From Phycisphaerales bacterium (GTDB lineage Bacteria > Planctomycetota > Phycisphaerae > Phycisphaerales > UBA1924), in NCBI GenBank assembly GCA_965227775.1, contig OZ245777.1, forward strand, positions 192,001-256,000: a DNA stretch of 64,000 bases. Direction: 5' to 3'. A program made the translations under genes and the position numbers. This document shows, piece by piece, positions 49,341-59,173 of this stretch. The notes under the pieces are model-generated. The model did no database searches. It was not told where the DNA came from and saw nothing but the letters and a program-made list of their open reading frames with translations. Within the stretch, counting starts at the first letter, position 1. Every line of letters begins with the position of its first letter.

Positions 49341-50690
49341 ATGACGAATGCAGAACAGCCAAGCACGCCCGACGCGGGACTGCCCGCACCCCGCGGGGGT
49401 TTGGCGCACCCGCGAACACCGCTGAGCGAGCGGCTGGCGTGGGTGCGGCGCTTCCGGCGGGCGGTCGTTGCCGGGCAGGACGAATTGATCGCGCTGGCGG
49501 GCGAGGAGGTCCGCAAGGACGCCTTCGAGACGCTGGTGAGCGACATCGTGCCGTTGCTGAGCAGTTGCAAGTGGCACGAGCGGCATGCGGGGCGGGTCCT
49601 GCGGACGCGGCGGTTGCGCGGCGGGAGCGTCTGGCAGCTCGGCCAGCGGCACTGGGTGCGGCGAGAGCCGCTCGGGCTTGTTGGCATTATCGCGACGTGG
49701 AACTACCCGGTGCAGTTGCTGGGAATCCAATTGGTGCAGGCGGTCGTTGCGGACAATCGGGTGGTCGTGAAGCCCAGCGAGCGGTGCCCGAGGACGCAGG
49801 CGAAGCTGCTAGAGATGGCTCAGGATGCGGGACTCGCAGAGGGTGTGTTGCGCGTGCTGCCGGCGACGCGTGAGGCAGGTGCAGAGATGCTCGAACTCGA
49901 GCGGCTGGATCACTTGGTGTTCACGGGGTCGACACACGTCGGTCGCACTATCGCCCAGACACTCGGCGCCAAGCTCATTCCCAGTACGCTCGAACTGACG
50001 GGATGCGACTCGGCAATCGTCTTAGAAGACGCGGATATTGATCTGGCTGCGAGATCGATTGCAGCTGCGGTATGCTTGAATGCGGGGCAGACGTGCATGG
50101 CACCACGTCGAGTGCTCGTGCATCAGAACGTGATGGACACGTTTGTTATGAAGCTTAGTGCGTTACTTGGGCAGCGTACAGAAACGGAGTTGTGCGACAC
50201 AGCCGAGGCTGATCGTGTTCGTTCGCTGGCGGGCTTGGATGGTGGTGGAGCATCTTTGCAACCCCGCGCGATCGTAGTACATTACGGGAGTCCGTTGCTC
50301 CGCGGCGAGCACTTTGGACCGGTGGTTGCTGTAACACCAATCGGCTCGAGAAATGACGGGGTACTGCACAGCCGACACTATGGCCAGCATCTAGCGACGA
50401 GCGTCTTCACACGTCATCCCAGGAAATTCGAGGAACTTGTCCCACTCCTCGCCGCCGGCACGGTCACGTTCAACGACGCCGTGATCCCCACCGCGCATCC
50501 TGGCGCGCCACTGCCCGCGATGGGTGCAAGCGGGTGGGGCGTGAGCCGGGGGGAACTTGGCCTCCTCGCGATGACGAGACCGGTGCATGTCACAATGACG
50601 AGTAGAAAGGTCCGTGTGCCCACCGACCCGCCAAGCCCAAAGCAGGCCGAGCAGGTGAAGAAGTTCGTGCGATTTCTATACGGTCGCTAG
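49341..50690 (+). CDS. Aldehyde dehydrogenase (possibly carotenoid AldH/CrtNc-like)
   Basis: IATWNYP, VKPSE, FTGST, LELTG, NAGQTC, EHFGP; divergent from the carotenoid desaturase. Confidence 0.85.
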   Translation: MTNAEQPSTPDAGLPAPRGGLAHPRTPLSERLAWVRRFRRAVVAGQDELIALAGEEVRKDAFETLVSDIVPLLSSCKWHERHAGRVLRTRRLRGGSVWQLGQRHWVRREPLGLVGIIATWNYPVQLLGIQLVQAVVADNRVVVKPSERCPRTQAKLLEMAQDAGLAEGVLRVLPATREAGAEMLELERLDHLVFTGSTHVGRTIAQTLGAKLIPSTLELTGCDSAIVLEDADIDLAARSIAAAVCLNAGQTCMAPRRVLVHQNVMDTFVMKLSALLGQRTETELCDTAEADRVRSLAGLDGGGASLQPRAIVVHYGSPLLRGEHFGPVVAVTPIGSRNDGVLHSRHYGQHLATSVFTRHPRKFEELVPLLAAGTVTFNDAVIPTAHPGAPLPAMGASGWGVSRGELGLLAMTRPVHVTMTSRKVRVPTDPPSPKQAEQVKKFVRFLYGR

Positions 50691-51319
50691 GTCAGACTCT
50701 TGAGCCAGAGCTCGTGCGGGTGATGCTCACCGCCGGTGTCCTTGTGCTCGCATGTTTGTGGCTGGTGCACGTAGCCAAGATGCGAGAACAGCGACTGCGC
50801 CCGGCTGTTAGTAGGTTGCACGAAGGCGCGCACCGTCGTGCAACCCAGCCCGGCGGGAAGATCGGCCATCGCGTGCTCGGTCACCGCCGCGCAGGCTTCT
50901 CGGGCTATGCCCTTGCCCTGCGACTGCGGGGTAAGCCACAACGCAATCTCGGAGTACCACTCGAGCCCACGCTCGATGGTGATGAGGTTGCAACAGCCGA
51001 GGATAGAACGGGGATCTTCACGATCGAAGATCGCGCGGCGCAGGGCGCCGCCGGTGCGCAGGCCCTTTGCGGTCAACTCAAGCTGGCGCTTGACAATGTG
51101 CTTGGCGTGCTCACCGGGCAGGTTTACGCCACTCGTGGCATCCCCAGAAGCGATCAGCGAGTCGAGTGCGGCCTCGAACGCCTCGGCGTCGTCGGGCGTG
51201 GCCGGTCGCAGGATGAGCCGGTCCGTATCGATGCGGGTGCCCGGCGTGTCATGGGCATAGACCTCCACGGGTCGTGAGGCCGGAGGAGAGCCAATGCTCG
51301 TATGTTCTTTGCGTTCCAT
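50687..51319 (-). CDS. GNAT N-acetyltransferase (RimJ/RimL-like)
   Basis: TDRLILRP, QGKGIAREA, PTNSRAQSLFSHLGY. Confidence 0.85.
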   Translation of the reverse strand: MERKEHTSIGSPPASRPVEVYAHDTPGTRIDTDRLILRPATPDDAEAFEAALDSLIASGDATSGVNLPGEHAKHIVKRQLELTAKGLRTGGALRRAIFDREDPRSILGCCNLITIERGLEWYSEIALWLTPQSQGKGIAREACAAVTEHAMADLPAGLGCTTVRAFVQPTNSRAQSLFSHLGYVHQPQTCEHKDTGGEHHPHELWLKSLT

Positions 51320-51382
51320 GTCGCTGCCTTCCGTGGCGTGTGCGGAACTCGATGGAAGATGCTTGCCGCTGCGATGATAGCT

Positions 51383-53221
51383 CTACTCGACCGTCACGCT
51401 CTTGGCGAGGTTTCGGGGCTTGTCGACGTCGTGCCCACGCAGGACGGCCGCGTGGTAGGCCATGAGTTGGAGCGGAACGACGGCCACCATCGGGCTGAGG
51501 CACTCGGGCACATCAGGAATGAAGAACACGTCCTGGGCGTGGTTGCCGATCTCGGTATCGCCCTCGGTCGCAACGGCGATGACGTGCCCGCCGCGGCTGC
51601 GGACCTCGCTGATATTGCTCATCACCTTCTCGTACTGGCTGCCTCGGGTGGCGATGAAGACGGCCGGCATGCCATCATCGATGAGCGCGATGGGCCCGTG
51701 CTTCATCTCGGCAGCGGGCATGCCTTCCGCATGGATGTAGCTGATCTCCTTGAGCTTCAGCGCACCTTCGAGCGCGGTTGGGTAGTTGTACCCGCGACCG
51801 AGGAACAGCCAGTTCTCGCGCTCGATGTACTTTTCGGTGATCGAACGTATCGAGTCGTTGAGTTCGAGCACCTTCTCGATCTTGTCGGGAACGACTTCGA
51901 GCTCCTTGATCAGGTCGGTGCACTGCTCGGCGCTCATGAAGCGGCGGCGCGCCATGAACAGGCTGATCATCGTGAGCACGGCCACCTGCGCGGTAAAGGC
52001 CTTGGTGCTCGCGACGCCGATCTCTGGTCCCGCGCGCAGGTACACGCCCGCGTCGGTCATGCGGGGGATGCTCGAACCCACGGCGTTGATGACGCCCAGC
52101 GCGAGCGCACCGCGTTCCTTGGCCTCGGTCAGCGCGGCCAGCGTGTCGGCCGTCTCGCCGCTCTGGCTGACTGCGACAACGACCGTGCCCTCTTCGATGA
52201 TCGGGTTGCGATAGCGGAACTCGCTGGCGTACTCGCACTCGGCGGGCACTTTTGCCAGGTCTTCGAGCAAGTATTCACCGATCATGGCCGAGTGCAACGC
52301 CGTGCCCTGGGCGGCCAGGATGACGCGCCGCGAGCGCACGAGCTGGGGCGCGAACTGGCGGAGTCCGCCAAGCACGACCATGCCGTCGGCGCTGTTCAGG
52401 CGCCCACGCATGCAGGTACGCAGCGCTTGTGGCTGCTCGAAGATTTCCTTCTGCATGAAGTGGGCGTAGCCGCCCAGCTCGATCTGTTCGAGGTCGAGCT
52501 CGAGCTGCTCGACACGCGGCGTGACCGGCACGTTGTGGATCGTGCTCGTCGTGAATTTTTCGCGCGTGATCTTGCAGACGTTGTAGTCTTCGAGCGGGAA
52601 GGCCTGCGTGGTATGCGCGACGATGGCCGCCGGGTCCGAAGCAACCACGAATTCGCCGCTGCCCACACCCACGAGCAGGGCGCTGCCCTTGCGGGCGCAG
52701 ACCAGCGTGTCGGGCTCGTGCTCGCAGATGACAGCGATCGCGTAGGCGCCGGTGACTTCACGAAGCGCGGCCTGCACGGACTTCTCCAGGTCCATGCCGT
52801 TCTCGGGGTCGTAGAGCTCGCCGATGAGCATGGCGAGCACCTCGGTGTCAGTCTCGCTATGGAACGTGTGACCACGCTCGGTGAGGTAGGTGCGCAGGGC
52901 GCTGTAGTTCTCGATGATGCCGTTGTGCACCAGTGCGATGCCGTTGCGGTCGTCGCGGTGCGGGTGGGCGTTGGCCTCGGTCACCCCACCGTGCGTTGCC
53001 CAACGAGTGTGAGCGATGCCGAGGGTGCCCTCGAAGTCGGCGTTGCCCTCGACCATGGCCTCAAGGTTGCTCACCCGGCCAACCGCACGGGCGAGATGAA
53101 GCCCGCCGTCGATGACCGCCATGCCGGCCGAGTCGTATCCGCGGTACTCGAGGCGCTTGAGGCCCTCTATCAGCAGCGGGCGGGCCTGGCGGTGCCCAAG
53201 GTAGGCGACGATTCCACACAT
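51383..53221 (-). CDS. glmS: Glutamine-fructose-6-phosphate transaminase (isomerizing)
   Basis: MCGIV, LEYRGYDSAG, HTRWATHG, SQSGETADT, LKLKEISY, PRNLAKSVTVE; AGGAG RBS. Confidence 0.98.
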   Translation of the reverse strand: MCGIVAYLGHRQARPLLIEGLKRLEYRGYDSAGMAVIDGGLHLARAVGRVSNLEAMVEGNADFEGTLGIAHTRWATHGGVTEANAHPHRDDRNGIALVHNGIIENYSALRTYLTERGHTFHSETDTEVLAMLIGELYDPENGMDLEKSVQAALREVTGAYAIAVICEHEPDTLVCARKGSALLVGVGSGEFVVASDPAAIVAHTTQAFPLEDYNVCKITREKFTTSTIHNVPVTPRVEQLELDLEQIELGGYAHFMQKEIFEQPQALRTCMRGRLNSADGMVVLGGLRQFAPQLVRSRRVILAAQGTALHSAMIGEYLLEDLAKVPAECEYASEFRYRNPIIEEGTVVVAVSQSGETADTLAALTEAKERGALALGVINAVGSSIPRMTDAGVYLRAGPEIGVASTKAFTAQVAVLTMISLFMARRRFMSAEQCTDLIKELEVVPDKIEKVLELNDSIRSITEKYIERENWLFLGRGYNYPTALEGALKLKEISYIHAEGMPAAEMKHGPIALIDDGMPAVFIATRGSQYEKVMSNISEVRSRGGHVIAVATEGDTEIGNHAQDVFFIPDVPECLSPMVAVVPLQLMAYHAAVLRGHDVDKPRNLAKSVTVE

Positions 53222-53424
53222 ACACCGAATCTCCTGGTTGCGCTGGGCTTAGGACGCCCGCGACGTAACGGTACACGATCGGCATTCGACGGGTTCGTGG
53301 GGCAACCAACGCAGCCCCGTGACAGCGGAATCCGAAACGGGCCAAGCACGGCCGGCCCTAGCCGGTTACATCGGACCATTCCGATGCCTTGTGTCCCAGG
53401 ACTGCAATCCGAGGAGCGAGCCGC

Positions 53425-54864
53425 ATGAACCCGTATATTATACGAACTTTTTTTGCTTCACTCGCCGCCACTTTGGCCGCTTACGCGCAGCCTGCCACGC
53501 CGGCGGCCGAGCGGCTGACCCCAGATGCGACCGAACGGCTCGATCTGGCGGGCTACCAGCTCGCCGCCACCGGCGACTGGCTCTTCATCGCCCTGCCCCA
53601 GGACAACATCGTCGGATTCAACTCCGGCTCGGTCGCACCCTTCCGCTTCGATGAGGCAACGGGCACGTGGGTGGAAGAGGACACCGTCTTCAGCATCGGC
53701 TCGTACTCCGGCCAGTTTTGGGGGACGGCAATCGCGGCGTCGGCCGACACCCTGGTCGTCGGCTCGCCCCAGGACACACGCATCGCGCTGGCCGGCGGGT
53801 TCGTCGAGGTGCTTGAGCGCCGTGGCGACTCGTGGGTGTTCGCCCAGGACCTGTTCACCATCACACCGATCGAGCGCGGCGACCTCTTCGGATCGTCGGT
53901 CGCGATCCGCGATGACGTGCTGGTGGTCGGCTCGCCGTCAGCCCAGAGTCGTGGCCCGTACTCCGGACGCGTGAGCGTGTTCGAGCGCTTCGGCGATCGA
54001 TTCGAGGCCGTCGCCGAGTTCGAGCGGGGCGACGAAGACGATCTTTACGGCTGGTCGGTCGCGGTCGGCGATGGCTTCTTCGCTGCTGGCACCTTCAACA
54101 TTGAAGGCGATACCTACACCTATCGGGGTCGCGGCTCGGTGGACATCTACGAGAAGATCGGCGACGACTGGGAACTGACAGCCACGCTCGAACAGGATGT
54201 TCCGGGCTTCAACGAGCGGTTCGCGTGGTCGATGGATGCCGCGGGCGATGTGCTCGTGGTTGGTGCGTACAACGAGGGCTCGGTCCCATCGCTCTTCACC
54301 GGGCCCGGTGCCGCATACGTGTTCGAGAAGGTCGGCGGCGTCTGGACGCGGACGGCCCGCCTCGAGCCGCCCGACCTCAAGTGGGATCAGCAATTCGGCT
54401 TCGACGTCGACCTGACCGAGGACGGCACGGGCTTGCTCGTCGGCGCTCAGAACGATCCCGAGGTGGCCGAAGACGCTGGCGCAATCTATGCGTACGAACG
54501 CGACGGGAGTTCGTGGCGGTTTGTGGGGAAGTACGTCTCGCCCGCCTCCAGGGCAGTCGCTCGCAGCGAGCAGTTCGGCACCAGTGTCGCGTTCGCCAAG
54601 ACTGCGACGGGAACTTCGTGGCTCATCGGTGGTGCCCCGGAATCTGACGAACTCGGCTTCCGAGCCGGCAACGTGTACGCCGTCGAAGTCGCGGGCTGCC
54701 AGGTCGACTGCGACACCAGCGGGAGCCTGGACATCTTCGACTTCTTGTGCTTCCAGACGCTGTTCGATGCGGGTGACCCTCGCGCCGACTTTGATGGCGA
54801 CGGCGATTTTACCATATTCGATTTCCTGGCATTCCAGACCGCGTTCGATGCGGGGTGCCCGTAA
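53425..54864 (+). CDS. Secreted FG-GAP-repeat beta-propeller with GC-dockerin-like tail
   Basis: GAGGAG RBS; AAYA|Q; repeated FGxSVA...VVGxP...GxxYVFE; tail ends DAGCP*. Confidence 0.88.
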   Translation: MNPYIIRTFFASLAATLAAYAQPATPAAERLTPDATERLDLAGYQLAATGDWLFIALPQDNIVGFNSGSVAPFRFDEATGTWVEEDTVFSIGSYSGQFWGTAIAASADTLVVGSPQDTRIALAGGFVEVLERRGDSWVFAQDLFTITPIERGDLFGSSVAIRDDVLVVGSPSAQSRGPYSGRVSVFERFGDRFEAVAEFERGDEDDLYGWSVAVGDGFFAAGTFNIEGDTYTYRGRGSVDIYEKIGDDWELTATLEQDVPGFNERFAWSMDAAGDVLVVGAYNEGSVPSLFTGPGAAYVFEKVGGVWTRTARLEPPDLKWDQQFGFDVDLTEDGTGLLVGAQNDPEVAEDAGAIYAYERDGSSWRFVGKYVSPASRAVARSEQFGTSVAFAKTATGTSWLIGGAPESDELGFRAGNVYAVEVAGCQVDCDTSGSLDIFDFLCFQTLFDAGDPRADFDGDGDFTIFDFLAFQTAFDAGCP

Positions 54865-54899
54865 GCCGCGAGCGAAGTGGCCCGCCCCTACCCTTGGGG

Positions 54900-55760
54900 A
54901 TGACCACGAGCACGCCCGTTTCGAGTGATTCCCGCACGCTTGTTTCGCCGCTGACCATCGCCGACCGGACGGTGGACAGCCGGCTCTTCGTGGGCACCGG
55001 CAAGTATGCCAGCTACGACCTGATGCAGCGCGCCCTCGAAGCGAGTGGCTGCCGCGTGGTAACCGTGGCCGTGCGCCGCGAGCGACTGGTGAACGAGAAG
55101 GGCGAGAGCCTGCTTGATTACATCGATACCAGCAAGTACACCATCCTGCCCAACACCGCCGGCTGCTTCACGTCCGAGGACGCGGTGCGTGTAGCCCGGC
55201 TGGGGCGCGAGCTGCTGAGCCAGATCGACAACCCCGGGCAGGACTGGGTAAAGCTGGAAGTGCTTGGCGACAAGCGCACGCTGCTGCCAGACCCGGTGGG
55301 CACCGTTGAAGCCACGAAGCAGCTCATCGACGACGGCTTTAAGGTGCTGGTGTACTCGAGCGACGACCCGATCGTTGCCAAACGACTCAAGGACCTCGGC
55401 GCTGCGAGCGTCATGCCCGCGGGCAGCCCCATCGGCAGCGGCCGAGGCGTGGTGAACCAGGCCAACATCGTGCTGTGCCTCGAGGCGCTCAAGGACGGTG
55501 ACCCCGAGTACCCCGTCATCGTCGACGCGGGCGTGGGCAGCGCGAGCGATGTGGGCGTGGCAATGGAACTCGGCGCGGACGGCGTGCTGCTCAACACCGC
55601 CATCGCCCACGCCAAGGATCCGGTGATAATGGCCCACGCAATGCGAATGGCCCTCGACGCCGGCTATCTGAGCTACCGCAGCGGCCGCATCGAGAAGAAG
55701 CTCTACGCGACGGCCAGCAGCCCGTTCGAGGGGGCGATCAGCTACATCCCGGGGGAGTAA
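54900..55760 (+). CDS. thiG: Thiazole synthase
   Basis: [57 protein letters not shown]. Confidence 0.96.
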   Translation: MTTSTPVSSDSRTLVSPLTIADRTVDSRLFVGTGKYASYDLMQRALEASGCRVVTVAVRRERLVNEKGESLLDYIDTSKYTILPNTAGCFTSEDAVRVARLGRELLSQIDNPGQDWVKLEVLGDKRTLLPDPVGTVEATKQLIDDGFKVLVYSSDDPIVAKRLKDLGAASVMPAGSPIGSGRGVVNQANIVLCLEALKDGDPEYPVIVDAGVGSASDVGVAMELGADGVLLNTAIAHAKDPVIMAHAMRMALDAGYLSYRSGRIEKKLYATASSPFEGAISYIPGE

Positions 55761-55770
55761 GGCTCTTGCG

Positions 55771-57654
55771 CTACGGGCAACCGTCCTCGAACACCGACTG
55801 GTAAGCCAGGAAGTCGAAGAGGGTGAATTCTCCATCGCGATCGAAGTCGGCAAACGGATGTTGGTCGTTGAACAGAGCCTGGAAGGCCAGAAAGTCGAAG
55901 ATGGTGAGTTGGCCGTCGTAGTCGAGGTCGGCGCAGCAGCGCGGTGAGCGACCCAATACCACATAAGCTGCGCCACCGACGCCGGCACAGTAAACGGACC
56001 CATCGTCCCTGGTAGCGGGCGATCCAATCATCAGGTCGTCCAGGCCATCCCCATTTAGATCTCCAGCCGGCGCTATGGCGACTGCGGCGAATCCCTGGAC
56101 ATCCTCCGGCTTGGGAGCTAAAAGCCAAACACCGTTGACCCCATCGATGTCAGCCACGTCGTATCGGGGAGCAAACTCAGACATCCGGTCGTCTCTTCCG
56201 AAGAGCACCATGACGGCGCCAATCAGGCCCCCTCCGGACGGGTCATCCAACAGAGTCCTGCCGGCAATCACGTCGGAGTAACCGTCCCCATTCAAATCAA
56301 CACCCGCAAGTGCGCTGCCGAACCTTGTTCTAGGACCAAAGTCAGCTATCACGAATCCATCTTGTCCGTTCAGGGCCTTGAGATCTATGACATCAGAAGA
56401 GCCGGAGCCACCATCGCGACGGCCAAAAACGACGAACGCTCGTGCAGCAAAGCCAACGCTCAAGTCGCTCGCATATGCTGCACCGATCAGTATGTCGTCA
56501 AGGCCATCACCGTTGACATCGCCTGCCGATGCGACGGTCCACCCCGACAACACTCTGGGCGTGTCAACAACCTCCAGTCTTAGCCCAAGATCTCCAGCGA
56601 TCGTGCCAGCACAGATAACATCTGGGAATGCGCCTTGAACAAGGGCATCACGCCCAAAGACCACATACGTACGACCGCCTTCTCCGATGAATCGTCCGGG
56701 CGCACCAACCGCGAGATCATCGTAACCGTCGCCGTTGATGTCTCCAAGGTTGGCAACGCTGCGACCGAATTCCTCGCCTTGCTCGGCACCGTCAATGCGA
56801 AATCCACAGCTCTCATTGAAGAGTGCGAGGTCAATCTCCGCCGGAAACGCCGAACCACTCGTACTGTCTCTCCCATAGAACACGAATGCAGCACCGTTGA
56901 TTGGGTCGCCGTAGCCGGGTGCGCCGAGGATGAAATCATCTAGTCCATCGGAGTTGATATCGCCCGCTGCAGACACCGACCATCCGAGAAAATCACCGTC
57001 GGCAGCACCTCGGATTCGGAATCCATTCTGGCCATCAAGTTCGTCAGGATTGATGCGGCTCGGAAGATCTTCTGAACTTCCGAAGATAACAAACACCTGG
57101 CCTGTTCCGGCGTCGACGTAATACCCGTACGGTATCTCCGGCTGCCCGATCGCCACATCATCAAACCCATCACCGTTGATGTCTCCTATGAAGGCGACGG
57201 AATGTCCTGTTCGACTGATTCCCTCCCCTGTGCCTGGCAACACGCGCACCACACCAACCGGTGACTCCACAAGGGAACGATCGGGATGCGGGCCAGCGGC
57301 CGGACCACCGGCGTTGAGCACGATGTATGCCGATCCGTTTCCAAGTCTGAGGTCAAAGCTGCAGTACCGCCCAACCGCGCCCTCGTGAGGTGCGCCAACG
57401 ACAACATCCAACAGACCGTCACCGTTGAAGTCTCCTTTGCCGGCCAAGGCTCCACCGATCATCGTGTCCGTGTACTGCGTGGCCAACCCGAAGTGCCGGT
57501 ACCCAGTCCAGCCCTCACGTTCCCAGACCGGCTCGAACAATTCGAATGGCTCGAGCAGGCGCGGACACTGAGCGTGAACCGAGGCGGTAGTTCCGAGCAC
57601 CAAGAGGATCTGGCAGGCCGCCGTTGCCCGGATTCGGGTCGTTATCGAGGTCAT
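55771..57654 (-). CDS. Secreted integrin-alpha/FG-GAP repeat protein with GC-dockerin-like tail
   Basis: SVHA|QC; seven GDxNGDGxDD..xGAP repeats; tail CCADLDYDGQLTIFDFL...EDGCP*. Confidence 0.88.
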   Translation of the reverse strand: MTSITTRIRATAACQILLVLGTTASVHAQCPRLLEPFELFEPVWEREGWTGYRHFGLATQYTDTMIGGALAGKGDFNGDGLLDVVVGAPHEGAVGRYCSFDLRLGNGSAYIVLNAGGPAAGPHPDRSLVESPVGVVRVLPGTGEGISRTGHSVAFIGDINGDGFDDVAIGQPEIPYGYYVDAGTGQVFVIFGSSEDLPSRINPDELDGQNGFRIRGAADGDFLGWSVSAAGDINSDGLDDFILGAPGYGDPINGAAFVFYGRDSTSGSAFPAEIDLALFNESCGFRIDGAEQGEEFGRSVANLGDINGDGYDDLAVGAPGRFIGEGGRTYVVFGRDALVQGAFPDVICAGTIAGDLGLRLEVVDTPRVLSGWTVASAGDVNGDGLDDILIGAAYASDLSVGFAARAFVVFGRRDGGSGSSDVIDLKALNGQDGFVIADFGPRTRFGSALAGVDLNGDGYSDVIAGRTLLDDPSGGGLIGAVMVLFGRDDRMSEFAPRYDVADIDGVNGVWLLAPKPEDVQGFAAVAIAPAGDLNGDGLDDLMIGSPATRDDGSVYCAGVGGAAYVVLGRSPRCCADLDYDGQLTIFDFLAFQALFNDQHPFADFDRDGEFTLFDFLAYQSVFEDGCP

Positions 57655-57964
57655 CGGATGGCTCCATCATCCCATCATGGGATGTGCGGTCGTTTCCGGT
57701 CCCGCCGCAGTCGTCGGTGTTGGCTCAACCGCGAGTCTGCACCACCAGCATACCCAATCTTCGCGTTGGTTGCAAGGGATTTCGCCGACTGTGCATAGCA
57801 GTATCCCGGAGGGACAGGATGGGGGTACGCCACGGAGCATCCCGGAGACCGACCAGACGCGCGTGAAGCAGCCCCAATAGACTCGATTTGTGCCGGGGCG
57901 ATCGGAATGAAACCCGCTACTCCGGCTGTTCCATGATGACCCACACAGCCTCCGGAGAATTCAG

Positions 57965-58567
57965 TTGGACACTCTCGACGCCATCTACCAACGCCGCGCC
58001 GTGAAGCACTTCGATGCTGATCACCAGATGCCCGAAGCGGACCTGACCAAGCTGCTCGAGGCGGCGATCCAGGCTCCAACGAGCTTCAACATCCAGCACT
58101 GGCGGTTCGTGGTGATCAAGGACCCAGAGCTTCGCAAGCAGATCCGCGCGAACGGCAACGACCAGGCCCAGATGACCGACGCCAGCGTGCTGATTGTGAT
58201 GACCGCAGACGTCGACGCGTGGAAGAAGGACCCCAACCGATACTGGAAGAACGCACCGGACGAGGTCCGCGAGTTGCTCGTGGGATGGATGGGCCCGTTC
58301 CATGAAGGCCGCGAGTGGCTGCAGCGCGACGAGGCCCAGCGTTCGATCGGCATGGCGATGCAGACCATCATGCTCGCCGCAAAGGCCATGGGCTACGACA
58401 GCTGCCCGATGATCGGCTTCGACATCGAGGCCGTCGCGAAGCTCATCAACCTACCCGATGATCACTGCATGGGCCCCCTTGTCGCCATTGGCAAGAAGAC
58501 CAAGGACGTGTGGCCGAAGCCCGGTCAGTTGCCGCTGGATGCGGTTGTGATCCACGATCGCTTCTAG
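57965..58567 (+). CDS. Nitroreductase family protein
   Basis: AIYQRRAVKHF, APTSFNIQHWRFVV, GYDSCPMIGFD; GGAG RBS with TTG start. Confidence 0.92.
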   Translation: MDTLDAIYQRRAVKHFDADHQMPEADLTKLLEAAIQAPTSFNIQHWRFVVIKDPELRKQIRANGNDQAQMTDASVLIVMTADVDAWKKDPNRYWKNAPDEVRELLVGWMGPFHEGREWLQRDEAQRSIGMAMQTIMLAAKAMGYDSCPMIGFDIEAVAKLINLPDDHCMGPLVAIGKKTKDVWPKPGQLPLDAVVIHDRF

Positions 58568-58582
58568 CCTCGCGACTGTGTT

Positions 58583-58786
58583 TCATCCGGGCTCGCGCGC
58601 TCGATATGCATCCGTCGGCACGCCTGCAAACCCCCAATTCTGCTCGTCGATCTCATCGATGACGATGTGCGTGTGCTCGGGCGCCTTGCCAAGCACGCGG
58701 CCGAGCGTGTCGGTAATCTCGGCGATGATCTGTGCTTTCTGTTCTCGCGTGGCGGCGGGCGTGATGCGAACATTGACGTAGGGCAT
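58583..58786 (-). CDS. 4-oxalocrotonate tautomerase family protein
   Basis: Pro-1 (MPYVNVRI), TREQKAQII, NWGFAG; AAGGA RBS. Confidence 0.9.
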   Translation of the reverse strand: MPYVNVRITPAATREQKAQIIAEITDTLGRVLGKAPEHTHIVIDEIDEQNWGFAGVPTDAYRAREPG

Positions 58787-58849
58787 GCGCGGTTCCTTGG
58801 TGTCGATCCTTGTACGCGGACGGTCGCCTCGAGGTTTGCTGACTGATGG

Positions 58850-59173
58850 CTATCTCAGAACGGGCAGCATGACCGCCATAGATGCAGCAACCAAGAGGAA
58901 GCCGGCGAGGAAGTAGCGGGCGGCCACGCGCTTGCCGTTTCGGGCGCCGCCGTGGACAGCGGCAAGGTACGCGACTCGGGCGGACACAATTCCCGTCGGC
59001 ACGCCGATCGTGAGGGCGAGCAGGGCGTACGACGTCAGAAAGAACGACGAACCACCAGAACGAGCGAATGGCACTACGAGGGCTACCGGGGCGCTGATGG
59101 TGGAGATGATCCAGGGCGCGATCACGTAGACGCGCGTGCTGGCCCCCTCCCCCGAGTCGGCACCTTCACGCAT
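58850..59173 (-). CDS. Small hypothetical membrane protein
   Basis: Three hydrophobic segments; fills the gap between same-strand genes and overlaps the upstream stop. Confidence 0.55.
   Translation of the reverse strand: MREGADSGEGASTRVYVIAPWIISTISAPVALVVPFARSGGSSFFLTSYALLALTIGVPTGIVSARVAYLAAVHGGARNGKRVAARYFLAGFLLVAASMAVMLPVLR

Noticed and set aside
53222..53420. glmS ribozyme upstream of glmS
   Set aside because: The conserved core (AGCGCC...GACGAGG) is not visible on the minus strand; an Infernal search would settle it.
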